NCBI GenBank assembly: GCA_963825525.1
Contig: CAWGTN010000002.1
Location: 1,696,001 to 1,760,000 of the forward strand
Direction of reading: 5' to 3'
Origin: an uncultured Chloroflexia bacterium
Lineage (GTDB): Bacteria > Chloroflexota > Limnocylindria > QHBO01
Length of the DNA: 64,000 nucleotides
The notes under the pieces are model-generated. The model did no database searches and was not told the DNA's origin. It was given only the letters and a program-made list of their open reading frames with translations. Positions 41,179 through 52,564 of the stretch are shown piece after piece (positions within the stretch are counted from its first letter, which is position 1; each line of letters opens with the position of its first letter). The position numbers were made by a program, and so were the translations under genes.

Positions 41179-41706
41179 ATGAGATTCGTGCTCGCCGCCC
41201 TCCTCGCGACCGGGGTGGCAATCATTCCCGCCCAGCGCGCGCTTGCCTGCAGCTGTGCCCTGGGCACGCTCGACGAGGCTGCAGCCTCGGCCGACGCCGT
41301 CTTCGCAGGAAGGGTTGCAGCTGAGGTCGCGCTCGACGTTCTTGACCCCGGTGCCGGAGGGACGATCTACACCTTTGCGGTTGAGGGCGTCGCCAAGGGC
41401 CCCGTCAGCGATCGAGTCGAGGTGCTGGCCGGTGGTGATGGCGCCATGTGCGGGATGATCTTCGACCGCGAGCAGCGCTGGCTCGTCTTTGCGGCGCTCC
41501 AGGACGGCACCTATCAGACGGGGCTGTGCTCCGGCAATCTGGTCCTTGAACCTGGCGTCGCCGCCCCGCTCGAGCTCGGTGAGCCCGAGAGCACGGGCGA
41601 TCCCGCGCAGGACCAGGTCCCGGTTCCGCTGGTGATCGTGCTCGGAGCGGTCGCGGCGATTGCCGTGGCGTCCTGGCTCGCGTTCCGACGCGACCGCGTC
41701 AGCTGA
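41179..41706 (+). CDS. secreted, C-terminally anchored TIMP/NTR-like protein
   Basis: Signal peptide ending ALA, then CSC, ADAVFAGRV, K-G, CG..F, LCSGN; C-terminal TM + RR. Confidence 0.7.
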   Translation: MRFVLAALLATGVAIIPAQRALACSCALGTLDEAAASADAVFAGRVAAEVALDVLDPGAGGTIYTFAVEGVAKGPVSDRVEVLAGGDGAMCGMIFDREQRWLVFAALQDGTYQTGLCSGNLVLEPGVAAPLELGEPESTGDPAQDQVPVPLVIVLGAVAAIAVASWLAFRRDRVS

Positions 41707-41971
41707 ACGCACCCAGCACGAAGCCAGCGAACAGCACCACGGCGATCGTCGGAATCACACTCGCTGCCCTGAGAAAAGGTGGCCAGCCCGGGTTGCCGGC
41801 AAAGGCGTAGGCGGGGATCGCCAGCGGGAACAGGATCACCGACGCGGACCATCCGATGCGGGCCCGGGTCGAGAGGTCGGGACGTTCCTGCACATCGAGC
41901 CAGAAGGCCGCAATCATCAGGAACCCGCCGACCGCAAGCACTGCGAACAGGGTCCAGGCGAACGGAAGCAT
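41699..41971 (-). CDS. small three-TM membrane protein
   Basis: Hydrophobic helices with a D....DLS...RIGW....LFP pattern (PLDc_N-like). Confidence 0.65.
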   Translation of the reverse strand: MLPFAWTLFAVLAVGGFLMIAAFWLDVQERPDLSTRARIGWSASVILFPLAIPAYAFAGNPGWPPFLRAASVIPTIAVVLFAGFVLGAFS

Positions 41972-42021
41972 GTCCGGCCGATGGTAGCCGCCGCGATGTC
42001 CCCGCGCGGACGTTCAGCCGG

Positions 42022-42642
42022 TCACCAGGACGCGAGCGCGCGGACACCACCATGGATCGGCGTCCGGGTCGCCGGGAGCCGGCCGTTCCACGAGTATTCG
42101 TCGATCTGAAGGACCCTGATGTCCGAGGCCAGCGCCTGTCGGATGTCCAACCCCATCAAGACCCCGCCCAGCTGCTGCATGAAGGCCTGATGCGATACGA
42201 GCAGGATCCGCGGCTCGTTGCGGCCCATGAGCCTCGCGGCAACCTGTTCGGCGCGCTCCCGGAGCTCGTCCAACGTCTCGCCACCCGGCGGGTTGACCGA
42301 ATGGTCGATCCCGCCGGCGCTGATGTACTCGATATTTGGCCGGTAGGCGGCAACATCTTCGGGGGCGATCCCCTGCAGCAACCCGTAGTTGCGGTCGCGC
42401 AGTTCGTCCCAAACTTCGATTCGTTCGCGCGGCAATCCGCTCAGTCGGATGGCCGTGTCCACTGCGCGGGAGAGAGGAGAGCTGAGCACCACATCGGCGC
42501 TGACTGGTCCGTATTCCGCTGCATATGCATCGAGCTGGCACCGACCGTCGTCGGAAAGGGGCTCGTCGAGGGTCCCGGAGATGACGTGCATCTTCGCGTT
42601 TCCGGTCGGTGCGTGACGCGCAAGGACGAGCGTGCGGTTCAT
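42022..42642 (-). CDS. histidine phosphatase / phosphoglycerate mutase family protein
   Basis: LARHAPT..N, SSPL.RA.DTA, PPGGET, LLVSH. Confidence 0.88.
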   Translation of the reverse strand: MNRTLVLARHAPTGNAKMHVISGTLDEPLSDDGRCQLDAYAAEYGPVSADVVLSSPLSRAVDTAIRLSGLPRERIEVWDELRDRNYGLLQGIAPEDVAAYRPNIEYISAGGIDHSVNPPGGETLDELRERAEQVAARLMGRNEPRILLVSHQAFMQQLGGVLMGLDIRQALASDIRVLQIDEYSWNGRLPATRTPIHGGVRALASW

Positions 42643-43850
42643 CGGTCAACGTCCTCGGCCCGGAGGAACTCGTTGAACTTGACGACCGCCGTGAAGTCGC
42701 GGAACGGCCCGATCTTGATTCCGTCAGCCCCCATGTCGAGCGCAAGATGCACCAGGAATGGCGATTCAGTCTCTACCGAGCGATGCGACGCAATGACCGA
42801 CAGGCCGGCATCTCGCGCGGCTGCGGCAAATGCCAGGGAGCCCGAAACCGTGCCGTTCTGGTTCGGCTTGACGATCGCCGCGTCCACCTCGGCCGCCTTT
42901 CCGGCACCAACCAGCTGGTCCAGGCTGGTTGACGTGTAGTTGTCGCCGACGATCGCGCACGACTTGGGCCGCGCAGCATGCAGACGTGCCCAGCCGGCTC
43001 GATCCTCCTCCGCCAGGGGATCCTCGAGAAGGGCGATGCCGTATGCGTCGATCAGGCCAAGCCACCATTCGACCAGGTCATCGCTCGCCATGCGTCGGTT
43101 CGTCACCGGCAGCCGATACTCCTCGCCGGTCCACCAGTCACCGGCGGAGGCATCGAAGGCGAGGCCGAAGTGACCCTCGAGGCCCTCGCGTTCCAGCACG
43201 CGCCGCATCAGTTCGAGGGCGCCCTCGTCCGGCGGATCGCCGACTCGATGCACCTCGTTCGTGCCCACCGCGACGCGAGGGTGGCGCGCCAGCTCGACCC
43301 TGACCGCGTCGAGCACGACGCGATACGCATCGGCGCTCTCCCGCAGATCCTCGCTCAGTGCGTAAATCATGATCTCGTGGAGTTCCGACATCACCGGGTT
43401 GGTGTACGCGTGCATCCCGCCGTTCAGAACGTTGAGCAGCAGGCGAGGGAATCGCCGGCGCCCGGCGGCATGCTGCGGCCGGCTCGCCAGGTAGAAGGCG
43501 ATGGAAAGGGCCAGCGTGGCCTGCGCACCCCAACTGGGAACGAGCGGCTCGAGGGCGGCGTCGAAGGATTCCTGGTCGAACGCGTTGCCCACGAGCGTCG
43601 CCCGAGCCTCTTCGACCATGTCGTCGAGTGAACGGCTGCCCACCCCCTCGAATATGCTGAGGGTCTCGCCTCGCGGTGCCGAGCCGCGACCCCTGCGCGA
43701 GCCATCGAGCCGCAGCTCGAACTCGGGCGTCCACGCCAGGTGCGAGTCGAGCACCAGCCGGCCGTCCAGCTCGCTGACGATCCACCTTCCGGACGCATCC
43801 GACGGGCCGGCGATGTCCGCGTCGGGCGATACGGTCGGCATGGTGCTCAC
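42639..43850 (-). CDS. divergent enolase-family protein
   Basis: LDSH, NVLNGGMHA, LEDPLAE.D, VGDN, KPNQ.GT, SHRS.ETE, IK.G. Confidence 0.8.
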   Translation of the reverse strand: MSTMPTVSPDADIAGPSDASGRWIVSELDGRLVLDSHLAWTPEFELRLDGSRRGRGSAPRGETLSIFEGVGSRSLDDMVEEARATLVGNAFDQESFDAALEPLVPSWGAQATLALSIAFYLASRPQHAAGRRRFPRLLLNVLNGGMHAYTNPVMSELHEIMIYALSEDLRESADAYRVVLDAVRVELARHPRVAVGTNEVHRVGDPPDEGALELMRRVLEREGLEGHFGLAFDASAGDWWTGEEYRLPVTNRRMASDDLVEWWLGLIDAYGIALLEDPLAEEDRAGWARLHAARPKSCAIVGDNYTSTSLDQLVGAGKAAEVDAAIVKPNQNGTVSGSLAFAAAARDAGLSVIASHRSVETESPFLVHLALDMGADGIKIGPFRDFTAVVKFNEFLRAEDVDR

Positions 43851-44059
43851 GCGTGCGTCCCCTTGGAGGGTTATAGGTCTGCTGTCGAGGCGGCCCGGTG
43901 CCGGCCTCCTTCTCGACACTACGATTTCGCCTGGCCCATTGGTACCCCGCCTCGTGGTGCCGTTGGGGGCCGAGTGATGGCCTCCGGTGTGGAGAGGTGC
44001 GCGCGCGTGGTGCTCCAACGCAACGGATAAGTCCTGGTACGCGAGTCCTGGCTGCCGCC

Positions 44060-44800
44060 TCAGCGGGACTCGCGCCGGCGTGCGATGTCGTCTGGCCCGT
44101 TGAGCATGTCCGTCAGGAAGCGGAGCGGCCGGTGTCGCGGCGGGGGCGGATACCTCGGTGGCAGCAGGGCGATGACCGCGGCCCGCAAGGTGGATTCGAA
44201 GTGCGCCCGGCCCTCACGTCCCCGGGTCGGCGGCTGCAGCGGGGCGCCGAAGCGGACCATCACGCGCTTCCGGAACCAGAGGTCGGTGGTGCCGACGATG
44301 GCACACGGCACGACGGGCACCCCCGACGTCATGGCGAATGCCGCGGCGCCGTCTTCGAGGGGCAGGAGGTCCGTCTCGTCGAAGCCGACTCGGCCCTCCG
44401 CGAAGATTCCCAGCACGCCATCGGCGTCGAAGACCCGTCGCACGGCCCTGACCGCGGAGGTCAGCGTGGTCCCCTCCGGGTGATACGGAATGACCCCGCC
44501 AACAAAGCGCATGACGCGGTTTTTGAAGCCTCGGCTGAAGTCGGCCTCGCGCGGGCCGAACCAGGTGATGCGAGGCTCGAGCGGCAGGGCGGCCATCACG
44601 ATGAGCGGATCGAACCCGTTGTGGTGATTGCAGACGAGCTGGTAGGGAGCTGCTGGGCGCCCATCCGCTCCCTGCGAGCGGACGTCGAAGAGTGCACGAA
44701 GGAGTGCTCGGTTCACCCACCACGCCATCCGATACCGGAGCGTCACCGCGACGCTCAGCTCGCGCGGCCCGACCTGGGCGGCACGCCGCTGGCTCGTCAC
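44060..44800 (-). CDS. 1-acyl-sn-glycerol-3-phosphate acyltransferase family
   Basis: NHHNGFD (NHx4D), IFAEG, VPVVP.AI.GT. Confidence 0.88.
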   Translation of the reverse strand: MTSQRRAAQVGPRELSVAVTLRYRMAWWVNRALLRALFDVRSQGADGRPAAPYQLVCNHHNGFDPLIVMAALPLEPRITWFGPREADFSRGFKNRVMRFVGGVIPYHPEGTTLTSAVRAVRRVFDADGVLGIFAEGRVGFDETDLLPLEDGAAAFAMTSGVPVVPCAIVGTTDLWFRKRVMVRFGAPLQPPTRGREGRAHFESTLRAAVIALLPPRYPPPPRHRPLRFLTDMLNGPDDIARRRESR

Positions 44801-46086
44801 GTTCCGAGCGCCGTGGGCGCCGGGGCATCGATCTCCTCCCGGCGTCGAGGATCCACCCGCGTCAGGGCGAGCGCCGACATCGCAACGAACGCGGCTGCCA
44901 CCGCCATGGCTGCGCGCGGGCCGACCCCGTCACCGAATGCCGCGGCGGTCAGATCCTGCACCGGACCGGCCACGATGATGAACACCGGACCGGCCATCGC
45001 CGTGCCCGCGTTCAGGATGCCCATGTAGCGGCCTGCGGTGTGCTTGGGGATCACGTCGGCCATGAGCGCCCAGTCCGCGGACAGGAAGATCCCCATGCCG
45101 ATGCCGAACGGGACCCACGAGGCGACGGCCAGACCGGGTGTCGGCGAGAGCGCGACGCCGACCAGGCCCGCGCCGGCGACTGCGGCCGCGGCCCAGATCA
45201 CGGGTCGGCGACCGAGCCGATCCGACAGCCGTCCACCCGGAATCGCTGCCACCGCGGTGGACACCCCGACGATCGCGGTGGCGAGGAATACCGTGGCGTC
45301 GGCTTCCGAATCGGGGAGGCCATGTGATCGACGGAAGTAGCCGACAGCGATGAGCGTCGCGTTGTACGCGCCAAGGAAGAGGAGTCTGACGAGCAGCAGC
45401 CACAGCACATCGCGCTGCTGGAGGATGTCGCGGCCCCACGCGGATCCGGCGATCTCGATCCACCGCCGGGTTCGAGGTGGCGCCGAGCGACCCTCGTCCA
45501 CGGTGGCCACCAGGATGACCATGGTGACCAGCTCCACCGCGCCGAGGGCCACCGTGGCCAGCGGCACGTTGGCGGTGAGGCCGCCGAGCGTCGCAATCCC
45601 CACGCCGGCGATCGTGCCGAGGGTCAGCATCAGGCCCATCAGCCCGCTCGCGATGCCCACCTGCCTGGCCGGGACGAGGTCAGGGACATACCCCTGGAAC
45701 GGTCCCTGGGCGAAGTTCGAGCTGACCTGCAGGAGGAAGTAGAAGGCGACCATGGCGACGAAGTCGTTGTTCAGCGCCAGCCCGGCAAGGAACACGAGGT
45801 CGAGCAGCGTGCCGATGACGATGTACGGCTTGCGCCGGCCCCATCGCGTGACGGTGTAATCGCTGATGACGCCGACGGTGGGCTGGATCAGGATCGGCGC
45901 CAGCGCACCGGCCAGCATGATCACCGCCAGCAGCGTCCCCTGGCTGTCGCGGCTGAGGTCGTCCAGCCGCCCCGGGATGATCGTGATGTTCAGCCCGCCC
46001 CAGATGGTCTGGATGCCGAACCAGTAGATCGACAGGGTCACCAGCTGCGACATCGGCAATCGGATGCGCTGGACGGGCTCCGTCAC
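44797..46086 (-). CDS. MFS transporter
   Basis: 12 TM; G..SD....RWGRRKP and GRLSDRLGRR. Confidence 0.9.
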   Translation of the reverse strand: MTEPVQRIRLPMSQLVTLSIYWFGIQTIWGGLNITIIPGRLDDLSRDSQGTLLAVIMLAGALAPILIQPTVGVISDYTVTRWGRRKPYIVIGTLLDLVFLAGLALNNDFVAMVAFYFLLQVSSNFAQGPFQGYVPDLVPARQVGIASGLMGLMLTLGTIAGVGIATLGGLTANVPLATVALGAVELVTMVILVATVDEGRSAPPRTRRWIEIAGSAWGRDILQQRDVLWLLLVRLLFLGAYNATLIAVGYFRRSHGLPDSEADATVFLATAIVGVSTAVAAIPGGRLSDRLGRRPVIWAAAAVAGAGLVGVALSPTPGLAVASWVPFGIGMGIFLSADWALMADVIPKHTAGRYMGILNAGTAMAGPVFIIVAGPVQDLTAAAFGDGVGPRAAMAVAAAFVAMSALALTRVDPRRREEIDAPAPTALGT

Positions 46087-46181
46087 GGTACTCGGCCACC
46101 ACTGCTGTTTAGAATGACTCTACGCGTCGCCGCCGCGACCGACGAGCTGGTGTCGCGTGCATCAGGGGAGGATCTGAAGAA

Positions 46182-46394
46182 GTGCCAGAACCATGCATCT
46201 CATGCCAGCGGGACACGAGGGTCGGAACGCCGCTGTTCAGCGCGCGCAAGCGCGGGCGAGACACAGTGACCAGCGAGGAGGGATTCCTCTGCCATGCCTG
46301 TCAACGAGGATCCGCGGGCGTTGGGGCGGAGTCGACAGCGCCGCTGAGCGGCCGCTACGTGGTCATCAATCTTCCAACATCGCCGGGGCTGTGA
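46182..46394 (+). CDS. small CxxC...CxxC zinc-finger-like protein
   Basis: AGGGGAGG RBS, GTG start, CISC...CHAC. Confidence 0.5.
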   Translation: MPEPCISCQRDTRVGTPLFSARKRGRDTVTSEEGFLCHACQRGSAGVGAESTAPLSGRYVVINLPTSPGL

Positions 46395-46405
46395 GCGCGC
46401 TCACA
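46390..46405. promoter_or_regulatory. perfect CRP-type palindrome upstream of lgt
   Basis: TGTGA-GCGCGC-TCACA; -10 TAGAAT at 46429-46434. Confidence 0.6.
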
Positions 46406-46440
46406 TGACTCAGATGGCGGTCCCAGCCTAGAATCGGCGG

Positions 46441-47340
46441 GTGATCGATCCAGTCGCCGTCGAGATCGGCCCCTTCCAGCTCCATTGGTACGGAATCATC
46501 ATCGCGTCCGCCGTCCTGATCGGTGGGATGCTCGGCACCCGCGTGGCCGGATGGCTCGGGGAGGACCCCGACGACGGCTGGGCCATGCTGCTGCCGGTCG
46601 TGATCGTGTCGGTGATCGCCGCGCGCATCTACCACGTCATCCACCTGTGGGACTTCTACCGCGAGAATCCCGCGCTCATCCCGCAGATCTGGAACGGGGG
46701 CATCGGCATTCCGGGGGCCGTCGCCGGCGGCGCGCTGGCCATCCTGGTCTACACGAGGATGAAGGGCATCCACACCGCGCGCTGGCTCGACATCTTCGCG
46801 CCGGCCCTCCTGCTGGGCCAGGTGATCGGTCGCCTGGGCAACTTCGTCAACCAGGAGCTCTACGGACCGCCGACGTCGCTGTGCGGGGTCGACTTCCCGC
46901 CGTGTCTGCCGTTCGGCATCCCGATCGACGCGGCGCACCGCGAGGGAACGCCCTGGGGAGCCGCCGCCTTCCCGGTCGAGACCACGAGCTTCGTCCCGTT
47001 GTTCGCCTACGAGATGGTGCTGAATCTCATCGGCATGCTCGTGATCCTGTATGTCATCCGCCGATTCGCCCCGCGGCTGTTCGCCGGCGACGCGGCCCTG
47101 ATGTACATCATGTGGTACGGGACGGTGCGCACCGTGCTGGAGACGTATCGGGTCGGGAACTGGACCATCCTGGGCCTGCCGACGGCGATGTGGGTCGGGA
47201 TCATCGGATTCGTCCTCGCCGGCAGCTGGCTCATCTACCGGCATCGCCGCGGCTGGGGCTCGCCGATGCTTCGCCCCGCTGCCGACTCCGACGACGACGT
47301 GCAGGTGGCCCAACCGCAGCCCGAGGCGAGCGCTGGCTGA
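46441..47340 (+). CDS. lgt: prolipoprotein diacylglyceryl transferase
   Basis: IGP..LHWYG, ARIYHV, IW.GG, GQVIGRLGNFVNQELYG. Confidence 0.93.
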   Translation: MIDPVAVEIGPFQLHWYGIIIASAVLIGGMLGTRVAGWLGEDPDDGWAMLLPVVIVSVIAARIYHVIHLWDFYRENPALIPQIWNGGIGIPGAVAGGALAILVYTRMKGIHTARWLDIFAPALLLGQVIGRLGNFVNQELYGPPTSLCGVDFPPCLPFGIPIDAAHREGTPWGAAAFPVETTSFVPLFAYEMVLNLIGMLVILYVIRRFAPRLFAGDAALMYIMWYGTVRTVLETYRVGNWTILGLPTAMWVGIIGFVLAGSWLIYRHRRGWGSPMLRPAADSDDDVQVAQPQPEASAG

Positions 47341-47365
47341 GCGCGCGGGTGGGATCCTGCCCGAT

Positions 47366-48388
47366 GTGACCGGCGCCATCGGCCGCACGCCGCTGGTTGC
47401 CCTCGACCGCCTGGCCGCCGGCCTGACGCCCCGGATCGTCGGGAAGCTCGAGCACATGAACCCGGGCGGCTCCGTGAAGGACCGCATCGCGATGCCGATG
47501 ATCGAGGCCGCCGAGGCCGCCGGGCTCCTCAAGCCGGGAGGAATCATCATCGAACCGACCAGTGGCAACACCGGCGTCGGGCTCGCCCAGGCGGCGGCGG
47601 TGAAGGGATATCGCTGCATCTTCGTGATGGCAGACAAGCAATCCGAGGAGAAGCGCGCGCTACTGCGAGCGTACGGGGCCGAGGTTGTCGTCTGTCCCTC
47701 CGACGTCGATCCAGACGACGAGCGCTCCTACTACCGAGTCTCGGATCGGCTGGCGCGGGAGACGCCGGGAGCCTGGAAGCCCGACCAATATCACAACGAC
47801 GCCAATCCGAATGCCCACTACACGACCACGGGCCCCGAGATCTGGGATGCCACGGGTGGGCGAATCACCCACCTGGTGGTCGCACTCGGGACCGGCGGCA
47901 CGATATCGGGCACGGGTCGCTATCTCAAGGAGCGGAACCCGGCCGTCGAGGTGATCGGCGCCGACCCGGCAGGGTCCGTGTACTCGGGCGACACGCCTCA
48001 TCCGTACGTGACCGAGGGCATCGGCGAGGACTTCTGGCCGACATCCTACGATCCTGGGGTATGCGACATCGTCGTGCGTGTCACTGATCGCGATTCGCTG
48101 CTGACGGCCCGGGTGGCCACCGCCCGCGAGGGGATCCTGATGGGGGAGTCCTGCGGGACCGCGCTGTGGGCGGCCCTCCAGGTGGCTCGCGACCTCGATG
48201 ACCCCGAGGCCCTGTTCGTCGTGCTGCTCCCCGATGGCGGGAGAAACTACATTGCCAAGCTCTACAACGACGACTGGCTTCGCGAACTTGGGCTGCTCGG
48301 CCCCGATGAGCTGCCTGACGACTACGACTGGCGCGCCACGCATCCCGAGCTCGTGCTGCGCGGTGCGGAGATCCCGCGGGGCGGTTGA
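47366..48388 (+). CDS. cystathionine beta-synthase / cysteine synthase family PLP enzyme (start possibly CTG 47333)
   Basis: NPGGSVKDRIA, EPTSGNTGVG, GTGGTISG, TEGIGEDFWP, PDGGRNY..K.YND.W. Confidence 0.88.
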   Translation: MTGAIGRTPLVALDRLAAGLTPRIVGKLEHMNPGGSVKDRIAMPMIEAAEAAGLLKPGGIIIEPTSGNTGVGLAQAAAVKGYRCIFVMADKQSEEKRALLRAYGAEVVVCPSDVDPDDERSYYRVSDRLARETPGAWKPDQYHNDANPNAHYTTTGPEIWDATGGRITHLVVALGTGGTISGTGRYLKERNPAVEVIGADPAGSVYSGDTPHPYVTEGIGEDFWPTSYDPGVCDIVVRVTDRDSLLTARVATAREGILMGESCGTALWAALQVARDLDDPEALFVVLLPDGGRNYIAKLYNDDWLRELGLLGPDELPDDYDWRATHPELVLRGAEIPRGG

Positions 48389-48489
48389 CGGCGGCGCGCA
48401 GGATGTCGGGCGTGGAGGCCCGCTGACGACCTCGTCCGCGGGGAGTATCGTTGGAGCTCACCACAGGACTTGGGAGCGCACGAGACTCA

Positions 48490-50034
<1,545 letters not shown>

Positions 50035-50127
50035 CGGCCGAGTCGACACCCGCCGCCGCGGCGCCGTACCGGGGGTCAAGCCCGCGAACGGTGGTCCGCG
50101 GCGTCGCATGGCAGAATGGCCCGCGTA

Positions 50128-51282
50128 ATGACTGACCGCTTCGAGACGCGCGCCGTCCACGCTGGCGCGGAGCCCGACCCGCATACCGGCGCGGTCGTGC
50201 CGGCCATCCAGATGAGCACGACGTTCAAGCAGGACGGGGTGGGTGGCCTGCGCGCCGGATTCGAGTACGGCCGAAGTGGGAATCCGACCCGGCTGGCTCT
50301 CGAGGCGACGATCGCATCTCTCGAGAGCGCGTCACACGGGCTCGCCTATGCCTCGGGCCTGGCGGCCACCCAGAACCTCCTCTATCTCCTCGAGCCGGGC
50401 GATCGGCTGCTCATGAGCGATGACGTCTACGGCGGCACCTGGCGCCTGGCCGACAAGGTCTGGCGCCGGTACGGCATCCGGACCGATACCCTGGATCTCC
50501 GGGATCTCGACGCCGTGGCTGCCGCCATGAACAGCGAGCCCGCGCCACGGATGGTGTGGATCGAGACGCCGTCGAACCCGATGCTCAAGATCATCGACAT
50601 CGGCGCCGTGAGCCGCCTCGCCGCAGCGGCCGGGGCGCTCACCGTCGTCGACAACACGTTCGCTACCCCGTACATCCAGCAACCGCTCGATCTCGGGGCG
50701 GATTTGGTGCTGCACTCCGCGACCAAGTACCTCGGCGGGCATTCGGATGTCATCGGAGGGCTTGTCGCCACGCGATCCGAGGAGCTGGCGGAGCGGCTGC
50801 GCTACCACCAGAACGCGGCCGGGGCCGTGCCCAGCCCATTCGACTGCTTCCTGGTGATGCGCGGTATTCGCACCCTTGCCGTGCGCATGGAACGCGCCTG
50901 CTCGAACGCGGCCGATCTCGCCGCCTGGCTGGTCGATCGGCCGGAGGTGGCTGCGGTGAACTACCCCGGCCTGGCCGGTCATCGGGACGCCGAGCTCGTC
51001 GGACGCCAGATGCGGCTTCCCGGCGCGATGCTCAGCTTCGAGATCCATGACGGCGAGGCCCGGGCTCGAGCGTTCGCTGCCGCGACCCGACTCTTCACCC
51101 TCGCCGAGTCACTGGGTGCGGTGGAGTCGCTCATCGAGCTTCCCGCGCCGATGACCCACGCATCGGTCGCCGACTCGCCCCTGGCCGTGCCGGCGAATCT
51201 CGTCCGGCTCAGCGTGGGGATCGAGTCGGTCGATGACCTTCGCGCCGACCTCGAGTCGGCGTTCGGCGCCTCCACGCCGTGA
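50128..51282 (+). CDS. cystathionine gamma-synthase/lyase
   Basis: EYGRSGNPTR, ETPSNP, VDNTFATP, HSATKYLGGHSD, LAESLG.VESLI. Confidence 0.93.
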   Translation: MTDRFETRAVHAGAEPDPHTGAVVPAIQMSTTFKQDGVGGLRAGFEYGRSGNPTRLALEATIASLESASHGLAYASGLAATQNLLYLLEPGDRLLMSDDVYGGTWRLADKVWRRYGIRTDTLDLRDLDAVAAAMNSEPAPRMVWIETPSNPMLKIIDIGAVSRLAAAAGALTVVDNTFATPYIQQPLDLGADLVLHSATKYLGGHSDVIGGLVATRSEELAERLRYHQNAAGAVPSPFDCFLVMRGIRTLAVRMERACSNAADLAAWLVDRPEVAAVNYPGLAGHRDAELVGRQMRLPGAMLSFEIHDGEARARAFAAATRLFTLAESLGAVESLIELPAPMTHASVADSPLAVPANLVRLSVGIESVDDLRADLESAFGASTP

Positions 51283-51809
51283 CCGACGCACCGCAGCGCC
51301 ATGACGGTCCCACCGAGCTTGTTGAAGGATCCGAGGGAGAGCTCGTCGAACGGCTGTCGGGCGGCACCGCGACGCTGCTCCTTGTCTGGCTCATCGGGGT
51401 GGGAGGGCTCTCCACGCTGCTCGGGGCGTGGGCCTACTTCTGGATCGTGACCGGCGAGCGCCTCGGTATCGACACCCTGTTCAGCGGTTTCGGCTTCTAC
51501 ACGGCGCTGGCGGGCAGCGCCGGACCTTGCGTCCTGTGGCTGACCGGACGGGCACAGGGCCACAGCCTCGGGTGGTTCATGGCGACATCAGTCAAGATCG
51601 CGCTCGTGATGGTCGCGATCGTCCTGGTGGTCATCGTGCTCGCCGTACTGGTGCTGGCCGGTGCGCTGCCGGGGGTGGCGGGTGTCGCCGCCGCCGCGGT
51701 CATGGCCCTCATGGCTGTCGCGCTGGGCCTCATCTGGGCGGTCGCCACCTGGAGCGCGGATCGATGGATCGCCCGCGCTCGGGTCTCGGAGGCCGATCAG
51801 ACCTCGTAG
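51279..51809 (+). CDS. hypothetical four-TM membrane protein
   Basis: Hydrophobic helices; GTGA overlap with the upstream gene. Confidence 0.7.
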   Translation: MTDAPQRHDGPTELVEGSEGELVERLSGGTATLLLVWLIGVGGLSTLLGAWAYFWIVTGERLGIDTLFSGFGFYTALAGSAGPCVLWLTGRAQGHSLGWFMATSVKIALVMVAIVLVVIVLAVLVLAGALPGVAGVAAAAVMALMAVALGLIWAVATWSADRWIARARVSEADQTS

Positions 51810-52564
51810 CTGCGACCCGGCTCGGCGATATCGACCTCGCCTTCGAACACGGCCTGCGCCTGCGCGCGCAAGCCTGCCGCACCATCATTGTCGACCGGCA
51901 GGTGCGTCATGACGAGTCGCTCGACCCCGCCCTTCCGGGCTGCGTCAGCGGCCTCGGCCGGAAGGAGGTGGCCGCGGGGCTCGGGCGGCTGGGCATCCTC
52001 TGACAGGGATCGAAGGGTGGCTTCGCTGAGGAGAAGGTGGGCCCCATCGGCCAGGGCGTCCAGTCCGCCACATGGGGCCGTATCGGCGGTGTACGACATG
52101 ACGCGACTGCCCTCCTCGAACCGGAACCCCCAGCACGGGATGTAGTGCTGGGTGGCGCGCGGCGCCACGGTCAGGTCACCCGCGGCGAACGGCGTCGTGC
52201 CGTCGTGCTCGCTGAGCTCGAAGGCATCCTCGAAGTGGCGCGGCCCGCCGACGCCTCGAGCCAGGTCGAGCAGCTGTTGGCCCGATCCCGGCGGCATGAT
52301 CACGCGCAGGCGCTCTTCGGGCTTCAGCCGTCGCCACGGATAGACATAGCGCAGGGTGACCAGGTCGAGCATGTGATCGGCGTGCATGTGGCTCACGATG
52401 ACCGCGTCGAGCTCATCGGGGTGGTGCCTCCGAAGGAGCTGCGCAACGATGCCGGGGCCGATGTCCACGAGCACGCGCGAGCCGCCCGACTCGACCAGGT
52501 AGCCGGCGCAGGCTTCTCCGGGGTTCGGACGCGCGGGTGACCGGCCCAGGATCGTGAGCCTCAT
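51797..52564 (-). CDS. metallo-beta-lactamase fold hydrolase (RNase Z / cyclic-nucleotide phosphodiesterase-like)
   Basis: MRLTILG, SHMHADHMLD, YTADT, LSEAT, GHL, MTHL. Confidence 0.88.
   Translation of the reverse strand: MRLTILGRSPARPNPGEACAGYLVESGGSRVLVDIGPGIVAQLLRRHHPDELDAVIVSHMHADHMLDLVTLRYVYPWRRLKPEERLRVIMPPGSGQQLLDLARGVGGPRHFEDAFELSEHDGTTPFAAGDLTVAPRATQHYIPCWGFRFEEGSRVMSYTADTAPCGGLDALADGAHLLLSEATLRSLSEDAQPPEPRGHLLPAEAADAARKGGVERLVMTHLPVDNDGAAGLRAQAQAVFEGEVDIAEPGRSYEV

Noticed and set aside
43851-44059. Riboswitch upstream of the enolase-like gene
   Set aside because: A hairpin is possible, but I could not recognise any aptamer consensus.
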